From Bilabrum cf. latius (lineage: Eukaryota): DNA of 64,000 bases. Shown in pieces: positions 13,959-25,300 of this stretch. The stretch's first letter is position 1. Each line of letters begins with the position of its first letter. Location of the stretch: positions 186,001 through 250,000 of the forward strand of contig OZ237774.1 in assembly GCA_965178125.1 (NCBI GenBank), written 5' to 3'. The translations under genes and the position numbers were made by a program. The notes under the pieces were generated by a model that saw only the letters and a program-made list of their open reading frames with translations, ran no database searches and was not told the origin of the DNA.

Positions 13959-14157
13959 GATTGTCTGCTGTGCGGAGCCGCTACCGGGTCATCAGCATCG
14001 CGTTGCGCTACCACTGCCGGCATGGAGCAACTCATTTAGTTCCATCAGTTGCATAGATAATGCTCTCCAACCCTTTTCGCCGCCGCCACGGCCTACCTAG
14101 ACTAGGCCTATACTAGCTACGGATCCGAGATTCGCCTGACGGTTGCAACCACTCGCT
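13959..14157. repeat. Direct repeat, copy 2 (similar to 9209-9395)
   Basis: Visual alignment to copy 1 shows a few substitutions and small indels. Confidence 0.9.
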
Positions 14158-14213
14158 TGCACGTTTGAAACAGTTTTATCAGTCAAAATCGTAGCGTCTT
14201 TGACCCCTCGCGC

Positions 14214-17200
14214 ATGTCAGGGATGTCAAAGCATGCACGCATTCAAGCTCGAGCGGCCATGCGCAGGGCAAAACAAGAAGGTGGAAGTGGTTCGCTTCCT
14301 GCAGATGCACTGGGTTCCGATGCTGCCGCCTTCGGGCAGCTTTCCGAGTCCCCACACGACCGCGATCCAGACACGGGACGCATTCCATCAAGCGACGACT
14401 ATAATGGCAGGGAGCATGCAAACAGTGATACCGCAGATCCCGAATTTCAGCGAGCAGTGGAGGAGATGAAGGAGGCCATGCGAGCCCAGCTGGCCGCGGC
14501 CGGCGTGAGCACTATCGAAGGTCGCCCGCCGCAATTCAGCGCGCCACAGGGCGATGATAAGCAGTATTCTGCAGTTGCGAGCAACCGAGTGCTACCGCAA
14601 GGGCATGCCTCCGGATCGCACGCCTTGGACGCAAGAGCGATGGATCGTGCCACTGGCACTGGCCAAGCAGCACGGCACCAAGGCGCGGCAGGGAAAGAGC
14701 GTGCCGGAGGGATGGACCACCGGCCGCCGAGCCTACCCGAAGAGTACCGTTACGGGGCAGCGATCCGCGGGGGTGTTGGTGCTGGTGCCGGTGCATCGAG
14801 GGGCGGCGGGGAGGCCGAGCTCGAGCACCGCAATGCAATGCGCTCCGGCAGGAGGGCACTGGGCGACCGCGATTTCCCCGGGGGTGGGGCGGGGACTAGG
14901 GCGGGTGCACCGCACGATGGTGCGCCGCAGGCATACGGCCCCGGGGGCCGTCCTCTTACCCCGGGGGAGGTGCATCGCATGGCGGCGCGGCGCAAGGCGT
15001 GGGAGGGCGAATACGCGAGCGGGGGCCTCTTTTCCGGTTTGGGGGAGCAGAAGAACGACCCCGGGAGATGGAGGGGGCGGCGGGCGGCGGGGGACGAGGG
15101 TGCTGGAACTCGTGCTGGAGATGGGGCTGGAGATGCGGATGGGGCAGACGGTCGTTCTAGTTCTGGGTTGGTGCGCTCGAGGCCGCCGGTGGATTTTCCT
15201 GGGACACAACGGGGGAACCCTGCTGCTCCAGGGAACAACAAGAATCCAAGCAGTCTCGCGGCTGAACTGAAGGCCCAGGCTGCGGAACAAGAAAATGCGC
15301 GGCGCCGCGAGAGGCAGGTCAGGGAACAAGAAGACAGGCGGGTCATGCAGCAGCCAAGCTTCCTTGATAGGCTCTCGCAGCCGGACCGTCAGAAACGAAA
15401 AAGGGTTCTAGGGTAGCCCGGGGGCGGTGTAACGAGTGCGACTGGTTCCCCGCTCGGTGGCGCGTTGTCGCCGGCGCACGCGCGTGGGAGGGATGCTCGG
15501 GGGTCGCCCCAGGGGAATTCCCCGGGGGATCGTGGGGTCAACTCGTGGCGGGACCGAAGGCCGAGTCCGCTCCGGGGTACCGGCGCCGCGCAACCCGTCC
15601 TGCACCAGGTTCCGCACGGCCGCGCGGGGCCATCCTCCGACCCCCAGGGAGGTTCCCCCGTGCAGCCCAGCCGCCCGCCGGGCCGCTCCCAGTTCGCGCG
15701 CGGCGGGGGGGGGGCGGCGCTGGGGGGACCCTCGGAGGAGGAGGCGCGGGCCCGGACCTTGGCCAGGCGCAGGCAGGCGCAGGCTCTTGCCGAGCAGCTG
15801 CAGGAGTAGCAGCGGAACAAGGAGCGGCGCCGCGCAAAGGACTCGGAATCGCAGGACGAAGACTCGAAGATCCGCGGGGAGGCGGCCGTGCAGGGGGTGA
15901 GGCAGGCCGCCGAGCGGCTGTGGGAGACGAGGGGGATGGGGACGGGTGCAGCCGCCAAGAAGGGGAGGGAGACGGCGGTGGCCAGCGGTTTGGAAGCGGA
16001 GGTGCGCCGTCGTGCAGTGCAGGGACTGCCGATGAGCGACAAGGAGATGCAGTTCCGGTTAAAGCAGGCCGTGGAGGCGGAGGTGCAGCAGCAGCAGCAG
16101 GAGCAGCAGCAGAGGCAGCAGCAGGCGCACGACGAAGAGCTGCGGGGTGCATCGCACGGTGGTGCAGGCCGGGGGCTGGAGGGCGCCGCCGGTCCTGGTC
16201 GGGGCGGTGGCAGTGCTGGCGGATCGCGGGGCAGCAGCCGCGCGTCGGGGGGGGGAGAAGGAGAACGAATGACGGGCTCTGGGACCTTCGGCCGACGCAC
16301 GGACAGGAGTACCCCGCGCGGCGCCGCGGCTGGTTCCGCAGAAGACGAGGGGTCGGCCCTGGTGGGTCACCTCATGGAGGGTATCCAGGCGGGCAGGGCC
16401 GCTCGTGCGGAACTTCTGGCCGCGCGGCGCCGCGAGATCGAGGAGAGAGCGAGGGTCAGCGCGGCGGCGCACGGTTCGGGTGCACTACACGGTGGTGCGG
16501 GTGGCCGTGCTGGCATCGATGAGTCCCCCCGAGTGGAGACAGGGCCGAACAGGGGTTCGATTCCGGATCATTTGTTCCCTGGGGGTCCCAAGGTGGCGGG
16601 ACCCAGCAGCGATGGCGGTGCTCGATTTTCCGTTGCGACCGATCAGCAGAGCGGGCCGAGCGGAGGGGCCCGGTTTTCGGTCGCAACCGATCAGCACAGC
16701 GGGCCGAGTGGTGCCGACGGTGCGCGGTTTTCGGTCGCAACTGGATCAAACGACGGGCGCGGCAGCGGGGCTCGGTTTTCCGTTGCGACCGACTTGCAGT
16801 CAGGGGCGGGTCAGGGAGTAGCACGATTCTCCGTGGCTGACTCAGCCACAGGCGGTGGTGACCCGGGACGAGGCGCCCATAGCGCGGGAGGGGCTGGCTG
16901 GGGGCTCGGTGGTACGGATGCACTGCACGATGCTGCAGGATCGGGTCGGGCCGCGGTGTCGCAGGGTGACCCGGGTGCCCAGTGGCTGGATGGTGCCGCT
17001 GGAGGCAGGCGCGGTGTAGGCGGAGGCGGAGGTCCAGGTGGCAATAGTCGCGGGCAACACGGTCGCATGGGGGTGTACAGTCGGGAGTCGGAGCAGGAGA
17101 ACCTTCGCTGGGCGGGTCGGCGGGGCATGGAGGGCGGTGAGATGGGAATGGGAATGGGAATGGGGATGGGGATGGGAATGGGAATGGGAATGGGGATCGC

Positions 17201-20200
17201 TGGGGGCGGACGGGTGCGGGGGGGTGCACCGCACGATGGTGCAGTCGGCGGGATGTCCGCTGACGGCCTCGCCGCCCTGCAGGCGCATCAGGAGCGGCTG
17301 GAGGCTCGTTTGAACGAACAGATGGGCGCGCTCCGATCGATTGAGGCACAATTGCGGGCCCAGCAGGAGCAGAGGGGTACGGAGAGGATCGAGCACAGGG
17401 AGAGGGAGTTGCGTGCGATTTCAGATGCCATCGCGACCGTCAGCAGGTAGCTAGTGCAGCCCACTGCGGTGGGTCAGGCTGGCGGAAGGTTCGCTGGCGG
17501 TGACGAACCCGACGAGGGTGGTGCTGGTGAGGATGGTCGCAATTACAGGGGCAGCACCGGCGGTGGCGGCAGAAGCAGGGGTGGTGGTGCTGGGGCTGGG
17601 GCTGGTATCGGGGCGCTGGGGAACCACGTTGTTCCCCAGCGAAATGAGGGGGGTATCGAGAGGCAGAAGCAGAGGGCGGTCCGCAGGAGCACTGCATTGC
17701 AGCGCGCAGAGGCCGAGGCTGCGGCCGCCATCGACCTGGGTGAAGCTTCGCTGAGCTTCGCCGAAGGTTCGTCGGGTTCTCAGCTGAAGACGGGGCACAG
17801 GTTCGTGGGCCTGGGCGCCGCGGTGGGCAGTCCTATGTTCCGCAGCCCGGGGACAATTGCGCGGCGAGAGCTCCGCAGTCAGCAGCAGCAGCGGCACGGG
17901 GGTGCGTCCGACGATGCCGGGATGGATTCTTCGGCGGCAGGTTTTGGCTCCGAGTCGGGCATGGGGCGGAACCTAGATGAGGCAGCCAGCAGTCGGTTCG
18001 TCCGACCCGCCGGGTACGACGCAACCGGGGGCGAGGACGTGAAAACGAAGAAGAAGAAGAAGACGACGAAACATGGGACGAGGCACCAGCACCAGAGCAA
18101 CGCCGAGGGCGGCAATGGAGAGGAGGAGAACAAATCGAGAGGCCAGACCAGGCCACACACAACCACCGGTGCAAACTCAGGTAGCGTGCCATTTGGATCC
18201 CGAAAATCGGATTCCTCAAAGGGGGGGGATAGCCGCAGCCGCAGGAGCTCGGTAGGCGATGCCATCGGGAGGCCGCACACGGCCGCCGCAAAGAACTTCA
18301 GCAGCAAGTCAAGGGGTAGCGTGCGGTTTACTCGTGGCACGGGTGTGACGAGTGCGAGAACAAGCAGCCCACCGGGCACGCCGGGGCTCAGCATGAGCCG
18401 CGTGGGGGGGGTGAGGGGTGCCCACTCGGTGGGGGTGGGGGGTGGTGCAGTGATTCCGGGGGAGTTCGGGGACTCGATTCTTGAAGATGAAGAGAGACAC
18501 CCGCACGGCGACGGTGACGGGGAAGGCAAGGACGATGGGGACGACGGAAGTGAGGACGAAGACGACAACGAAGCGGGCACCTACGGCGACGGTGATTTCG
18601 AGGCGTCTGCTAGCGGAACCAAATAGGCGCCGCGCGATCGAGGGATGGCCCCCGTAGTGGGGGGACGCCACCGGGGGCCAGTGGTCGCTCTCCCCGATCC
18701 GATCATCGAGGTTGACTCCCCCGATCGGAGCAGTGAGGCATCCAAATCCCTGGCGCGGGCGGGTGCCGTACGCGGTGCAGGTGGAGGTTCAGCGTCACCA
18801 CAGGTTCCGCTAACCGCGCGCGGCGCCCTGGAGAGCACACCGGCTCGCTCCACCGACCCAAACAGCTTCCTGGCCCTGGATCGCAGCGACAGCGGAACCG
18901 ACCGGCCCGCAGTGCGCGGCGCCCGCAGGCACAGCCTCCTGGGCGGGCTCAGGCCCAGGCATCCGGAGCCAACGGACCCAGAGGCGCGGCGCCGCGCCGA
19001 AGACAGGGCCAGCGACGTCCGTGCGTCGGTTCCGCTTAGCTTCGTGGGGGGACCCCTCGATCCCAACCGGGGGAATGCGCGGCGCCTCGCCGGTTCCGCA
19101 GACCCGCACGACGCGTCTCTGCTGGACGTGGACACGTCTGCCGCCCCTGGGACAGAGAACACTGACGCGGGCGGAGCGCGGGAATCCACCGATGGATTGG
19201 GATCGGATCATCAAGGGGCGAAGAACGCCGGATCGCTCCTGCGGGCGCTGGCCACGCCCCAGCGGCCCCGCAGCGCCAACGCCGTCGGCGTGCTGGGGCG
19301 GCAGTACGATCGGGCGTCCACGGCCGGTTCCGCAGGGATCAGGGCGCGCGGCGCCAGGACGCCGGGGTCTGGGGGAAGGGTGGGCAAAGGCCCTACCCCC
19401 GCGAAGCATTGGGGTTGGGGAGAGGCTTCTGGCGCCGCGCAATCGCAGCGGAACCGCCCCGGAGCCGAGGGCAGTACACCGGCTGGATTCAGCGGCGGCC
19501 CCGGGGCGGCCGGTCATCGGGACGATGGGGATGATGGTTACGACGATTCCACAGCCGCCACGCCCAGCATGCGCGGCGCCAGTGGAAATAACGGATCCAG
19601 TGGAACGCCAGGAGCGAACCTTCGCTCACCGAACGTTCGTACCAGCCTGCAAGGCCGGTCCGTTCTCGTGTACCTACCCGGGAGCAAGGCAGGCGCATCG
19701 GGGGGGAAACCGCCGGCCCCGGAGAGTGTAGGTCGTTCGGGCGGACTCGACGTGGTGGAGGAGGCCACTGAGGCGGGCTCGCCCAGCACCGCGGGTCTGG
19801 GCCGCGGCAGCCGGGCCGGGTCTGCCACGGGCTTGGCCTTGGGCAAGGGGGGCAGGAGCAGGGCCCGGGGCAGCGAGAGGGGGAGGCGGTCGGGATTCGA
19901 GTCGGCGTCCGTATCCGGTGTGACGAGTGCGACTGGGCTGGACTCGGCTGGTGGCGAGGGAACAAGAACAGGCGGCGGGTCATCATCGTCCCCTCTGCGG
20001 GAAAGCCTGCGACCGTCACTAGAGCCTGACGATGACGTGGATGACGTGGTCGGGCATTCCGATGGTGCCAGTCCAGCGAGCCGCCGCGACAGGGACCCGG
20101 AATCGGAACTAGCGCTGCGCGGGGGCAGGCGCAGACCCCGCACAACGGACTCGGGCCGGTCGGGGCATGGCCAAACCAGACCAAGCAGTACTAAAGTCGA

Positions 20201-22229
20201 TGCTCGGCGGCGCCCGTAGACGAGCGGAACCGATGCGTCCTCTCTGACCAGGCTGAGCCAGGAAAGCGGAACCATCGCTGCGCGGCGCCGCGAGGACGCT
20301 CCGTTCGGCAGGCGATCCAGGAGCAACTCATCCGCGGGGGGACTAAGTTCCGCAGGAAGCGGCGGCGCCGCGCAGACGTCTCTCACGCGGGCGGAGCGCG
20401 CCGCCGGTATCAGCCGCGACGGCGTGCTGCTATCACCGCAGAAAACAGAAGCGGGGGCGGGGGCGGGGACCGGCTCGGCCAGAGCTGGGGGGATGCCGAC
20501 GGGATTCAGCCCCAGTGGGTCGCACTCGTCACACCTCTCTCGGCCGGACTCGGAGGGGCGGCGAGAGGCGAACAGGATCCTCGGGCTGGCTGGGCTGGAG
20601 GGCGCGGGCCCTTCTTCCGGTGGGCGGACTCGGGGGGTTGTGAGTGCAGTGGGCGGTGGGTCGGGGGGTGTCGCAAGGAGAGTGAGAGAAGCGGAGGGGG
20701 GAGAAGGGGAGGGGGCCTGGGCTGCATGGGGACGGGTAGAGGACGATTCCGGTTTGAGCGGCAGGACTGGGCAAACTGGTGGCGTGGGAGCGGCCAAGGG
20801 TGGGCAAACCGGCGGATCGGGTCGGGGCGCGAAGTCGGCAGGCCGCCCTGAAACGCCGGCCTGGCTGCGGGATCCAGAGCCGGAATCATCCCCTGCCAAC
20901 GCCACCCCGGTGGGGGCGTCTTCAGGTGTGACGAGTGTGAGAAGATCGGCGGGTCGTGCGCGGTCCCGGTCTCAACCCGACTAGGACAAACAGGCAGGTC
21001 CCCTGGAGGACCGGGAGCAGGTGGGCAATGGCGAAGTTAGCACGGATTTCGCCTTCGCGGATACGATCCAAACCCAGCTGTCCGAACTGGACGGCGAAGG
21101 TGTGACGAGTGAGACGAGAGCCTCCCAATCGGACCGCCCCCGCCAGAGCCAGCCCGGGCCAGGCAGCCGCGTGGGAACCAGCTTCGAGGACGACGACTAC
21201 GAAGATGAAGACAAACATGGAGATCGGGATGACGAAGGAAGCGCAGAGCTTGGGCAGGACGCGCGGCGCCGCAGCGGGGCCGGTTCCGCAAAGTCACGCG
21301 CCTCAGAACTGGGTCTGAACGGGGGGGTGACCGTGGCCGTGCGCCGGAGCATCGGCGCATCCGCTGGAGAGGGAGGCGGCGCCCCATCTAGTGTGACGAG
21401 TGGTATGGTGTCGGGCGACCGCGAGGATGACTACGACGGCGACGGTGGCGACGATAACGGCGGTGTTGTGACGAGTGCGCCGAGGGAGACCGGCTCTATC
21501 AGCAGGAGGTCCATCGAGCTCGCGCTGCGGGCGGAGCGGAACCCGGAATCGGAACTCGGAGGTGTGACGAGCGATCCCATCGGCGTGCGCCCCGCCGGAT
21601 CCGGCCTGTCGCCCGCCAGCAAAGCCCTTGCGGAACTTGGCGCCGCGCTCGAGGAAGCGGGCGAGCAAGCACGCATGGAGACCCGGCCCGAGTCGGGGTT
21701 CGCTGGCGAACTTTCCTTCGGGGAGGACAGCGGGGCCAGCTCCCGGGCCCCTCCCCGGCCCCCGCGTGTATCCGCGGGGGGGGGCCTGCCGCCTACTGGC
21801 CTCCCCGCGGCAGGCATCGAGACGCGAAGGGACAGCGGCACGGGGGCGAGGCGGGGCAGCAGCAGGGGCAGCAGCAGAGACAGGGGCAGCAGCAGGGGAG
21901 GGGGGAGCCAATCGGGAACAGATGGGGCTTCCCAAGGGGACCTGTCCGCGCGGCGCCGCGCAGAGGCTGCGGAACATCGTGCCGAGGCTGTGTCAGAGCG
22001 TTTGAGCAAGCTCCGGGGAGACTTGAGCGAGATGGGGCTGTCCTTCGGATCTGGGGAACAAGGGGGGCATGGAGGTCCGGGATCGGTCGTGGGCGATGGT
22101 ACCGGTGGAAATGCAGGAAGCGATGCGGGGAGCAGGCAAGGGAGCTTGGGGGGCCGGGGGCGGCTGATCGGGCCAAGGGGCAGGCGGGCGCTCTCGGGTG
22201 CCTCTGGGGGCTCTGGTGCACGGGAGTGA
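14214..22229 (+). CDS. Very large (~2670 aa) Gly/Ser/Arg/Ala-rich, mostly disordered hypothetical protein with short coiled-coil segments
   Basis: Seven consecutive same-frame ORFs (starting 14214, 15465, 15888, 17454, 18645, 20424, 21021) are separated only by TAG codons (ending 15416, 15809, 17450, 18626, 20219, 20984). The final stop is TGA. Confidence 0.75.
16617..16840 (+). repeat. Five imperfect coding repeats encoding ARFSVA(T)
   Basis: GGTTTTCGGTCGCAAC / GGTTTTCCGTTGCGACC units spaced about 45-54 bp apart. Confidence 0.8.
17142..17194 (+). repeat. (ATGGGR)n hexamer repeat encoding (MG)n
   Basis: Direct reading of the sequence. Confidence 0.9.
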
Positions 22230-22351
22230 CGCCCAGGGATGGTGACGAGTGCATGGATTGTTGTTCCAGATCGATCGATGATTTAAGTTGTACTATGAGA
22301 CGTGTCACAAATAGAATCGAAGGGTCTCACGAGGATCGGATCGGGATCGGA

Positions 22352-25300
22352 TCAGCGCCTCCTGCCCCTGCGCCCCCCGCGCTCTTGTTCCCTTGCCGCC
22401 GCCGCAGCCTCTGCCTCGGCTGCAGCCTGCTCGGCCTGCGACTCTCTCGCCTGAGATAGCCCAGCGGCGAGCAGGGACGTCAGGACGTCGCCGCCCCTCT
22501 TGCCTCCCTTCTTGCCTCCCTTCTTGCTTCGCTTACCACCGGTGCGGCCTCGCTCCCGACCGGCCCCTGCTCCTGCCCCTGCCCCTGCCCCGCCCCCAGC
22601 GCCTGACCCGAGGCCCAAAAGTGACCCCGCCGACGATGGATCGGCAGCAGCCCCGGATGCGGGAGCCTCCCGCAGCCCCGGCACGTTGTCGGGCACAGTA
22701 CTGACCCCGCCGACGGCTGCCAATCCACCGGTGGATCCACCACTGGGCGCGAGCGGGCCACCGACCAGGAGCACACCGCGACTCGGCTGGGTAGTTGAAC
22801 CGTGTGACGAGCGCTGGGGCAAGTCCTCAGGCAGCACTGCGTTGCTGGCCTTGGTCCCGTCTGCGGCGTGATTGCCGCCGCCCGCGCCCCGGTGGTGCGA
22901 CCCCCCAGAGGCACGGATCCCTGTCTCCTATTTCGCCACCCCAAACGGCACGATTCCCGTGGTTCCCTGGGAGGGAACGTTCGTCTCTCCCTTCCCGCTG
23001 GCGAAGGAAGACACGTCCCTGGCCCGGATGCCCCTGCCCTTGCGCATGGCAAGGGGCTGGTAGGCCAGGTCCTCCTCCTCCCCCCCCCTGCCAGCCAGAA
23101 GTGACACCCGCCCGTCCCACCGCAGGAGCAGACCACCACCTTCTCCGTGCAGAAGGCTCGCCAGGGCTCGGATCAGCCGGGTGGCGTCCCGAGCCAGGCT
23201 TCTCGTATCGCCGTGCGCGGCCGCGGCCTCCTCCTCCTCGTCGATCGGGGCATCCTCACCGCCATCCCCATGCACCCCGGACAGAGCACCCGACCGGTGC
23301 CCGGCCCCCTTTCCAGTCAAGCCCCCACCTCTGCCCTACTTCCGGTCTAGTTTCACGCCTCTGCCCCTCCTCGAGTCCTACCTGGTCGCCTCTTCGATAT
23401 CATCTTCCTCCTCCTCATCGTCAGCAAGATCCGCTCCCGGATTCTGGATCTTGAGACGGAGCAATCGGTCCAGATATCTCCTCATGTGCTTGACCAGAAC
23501 GGCGTCCTTGGGCGATGCTTTAAACGGCCAGGCCCCGTCCATGATCACCACCCTCCTGTCATGGAACACCTGCAGCCTGCCTCCGAACAGCAGCAGAGGG
23601 AGGGCACTCACCGGTGTAGCGTCCCTCACGTACACCTTGCTTGTCTTGACCTTCTCTAGGTACACGAGGAATCGCCCCCTCTCCACAAGCTGCCCAGCGG
23701 TGCGGCCGTGGTTGACGCTGCTGGGGTGAAGTGACACCAATCCACCCGTGGTGGCGAGCCGGGGCTCCGGTGGGGGTCCTCCCGGCTTGGGCTTGGGGTC
23801 ACTTCCTGGCTTGGGGGGCTCGATCTCGATTATGTTCGGGTACAGCCCGGCCGAAATGACCGCGCGAACCAGGTGAAGGTTCGCTGCGTGGGCATTCCAG
23901 GCCGCCAGCGGGTCTGCACCCCCTGCATCCTCCAGAGCAGACCGCCACCTCCCACCACCACCGCCGCCACCGCCGCCCCCTCGGCCCCTCTTCCTCGGCG
24001 GCTCGTACACCAGAGGCATGCCACCCCCCCTGCTGCCCCGATCGCGCATCACCCCGGGACGGTCCCTCCCGCGGCCAGAAGACCGACCATCACTCTCCAC
24101 CCCGGGGGGTTCCCCCCCCTTTGTCCCCCAGTCGGGGTCCATGCACCCCCTGGCGTAGGACCAGAGGTCGCTTGCATGCACCCCGCCCGAGAACTTGCTC
24201 GAGTCCTTGGCCGATTCCGCGGCTGCTTTTGGGAGCGTGCTCTGGCGGCTCGAGTAAGAGGTTCGCTACGAACGTTCTCTGCCACCGCCCCGTCCTCCAT
24301 CGCCCCTGCCCCTCCGACCCCCGCGGTCCCGGCCCCGTCCCCCCCCACCCTCGCGCCCCCGCACGCCCAGACCCCCGCCTCCGTACGCCAACGGGGCACC
24401 TTCGGGTCGCACGAAGCCGATCGAGGCCAGCTGCTGGAAGAACTGGTCCCGCATGTCTGCAATCGTCGAGAGGGACTGCCGGGATAAATAGTTGTTCCGG
24501 CACCAGTCGCGCTCGTACCCGGGACCGTACCGCCGGGCCACGTTCCGCCACGCGAGAAACGCCTGCAGTGACGTCAGATGATCCGATCCCTCCAGATGGA
24601 ACTGCTTCTTGGCCTCGTCAGCCTCGTCCCGCTTGTCTAGCGGAGACACGAACGGGGACCGTGACCCCAGCACAGCAGCTACTGTGAGCACCGGGTCAAG
24701 GCATCGAAAGGTTGCACCCAGAAGCAGCATCTTGCCCAACCGCGGGTCTACGGGAAGCTGAGCCAGATGGTACCCCAGCGCAGTCAGCCGATCCCCCCTG
24801 GATGCGTCCAGCGCCCGCAAATCCCTCAGAGTCTGCAGGGAGGCCTAAACGGCCTCTTCCTCTGGCGGATTCACCGCGCTCCGCAAAAACTCGGCCACAT
24901 CCCCCAGCTGGCACGCCTTGATGGCAAGCGCAGTCTCTTCCAGAGGCACCCGAAGCATCTCAGGCGTCGTGTAGTCCTCCAGCGTGGCCTCCTTCTCGCT
25001 CGTGTACAGGTGGAATGCGACGCCCGGTCTCACCCTCCCCGCCCGGCCCCTCCTCTGCTTGCACGAGGCGCGCGAGGCCCAGACCTCCACCAGCGAGGCC
25101 ATCTTGTTGACTGGGTCGTAGCGGTTCTCCTTGACCTTTCCCGAGTCGACTACGTACACCACGTCATCAATCGTCACCGAAGTTTCCGCGATGTTGGTGC
25201 TGATCACGATCTTCCTCACGCCCCTAGGAGGCCTCTCGAACACCTGCTTCTGCTCCTGCGTTGACAAAGAGCTGTGCAACGCGTGCACCCGGCACCTGCC

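Noticed and set aside
13382-14035. Minus-strand 217-aa ORF and its partial twin at 8884-9285
   Set aside because: Low complexity with no recognisable domain. Only the shared 5' repeat can be supported, so it is not called as a CDS.
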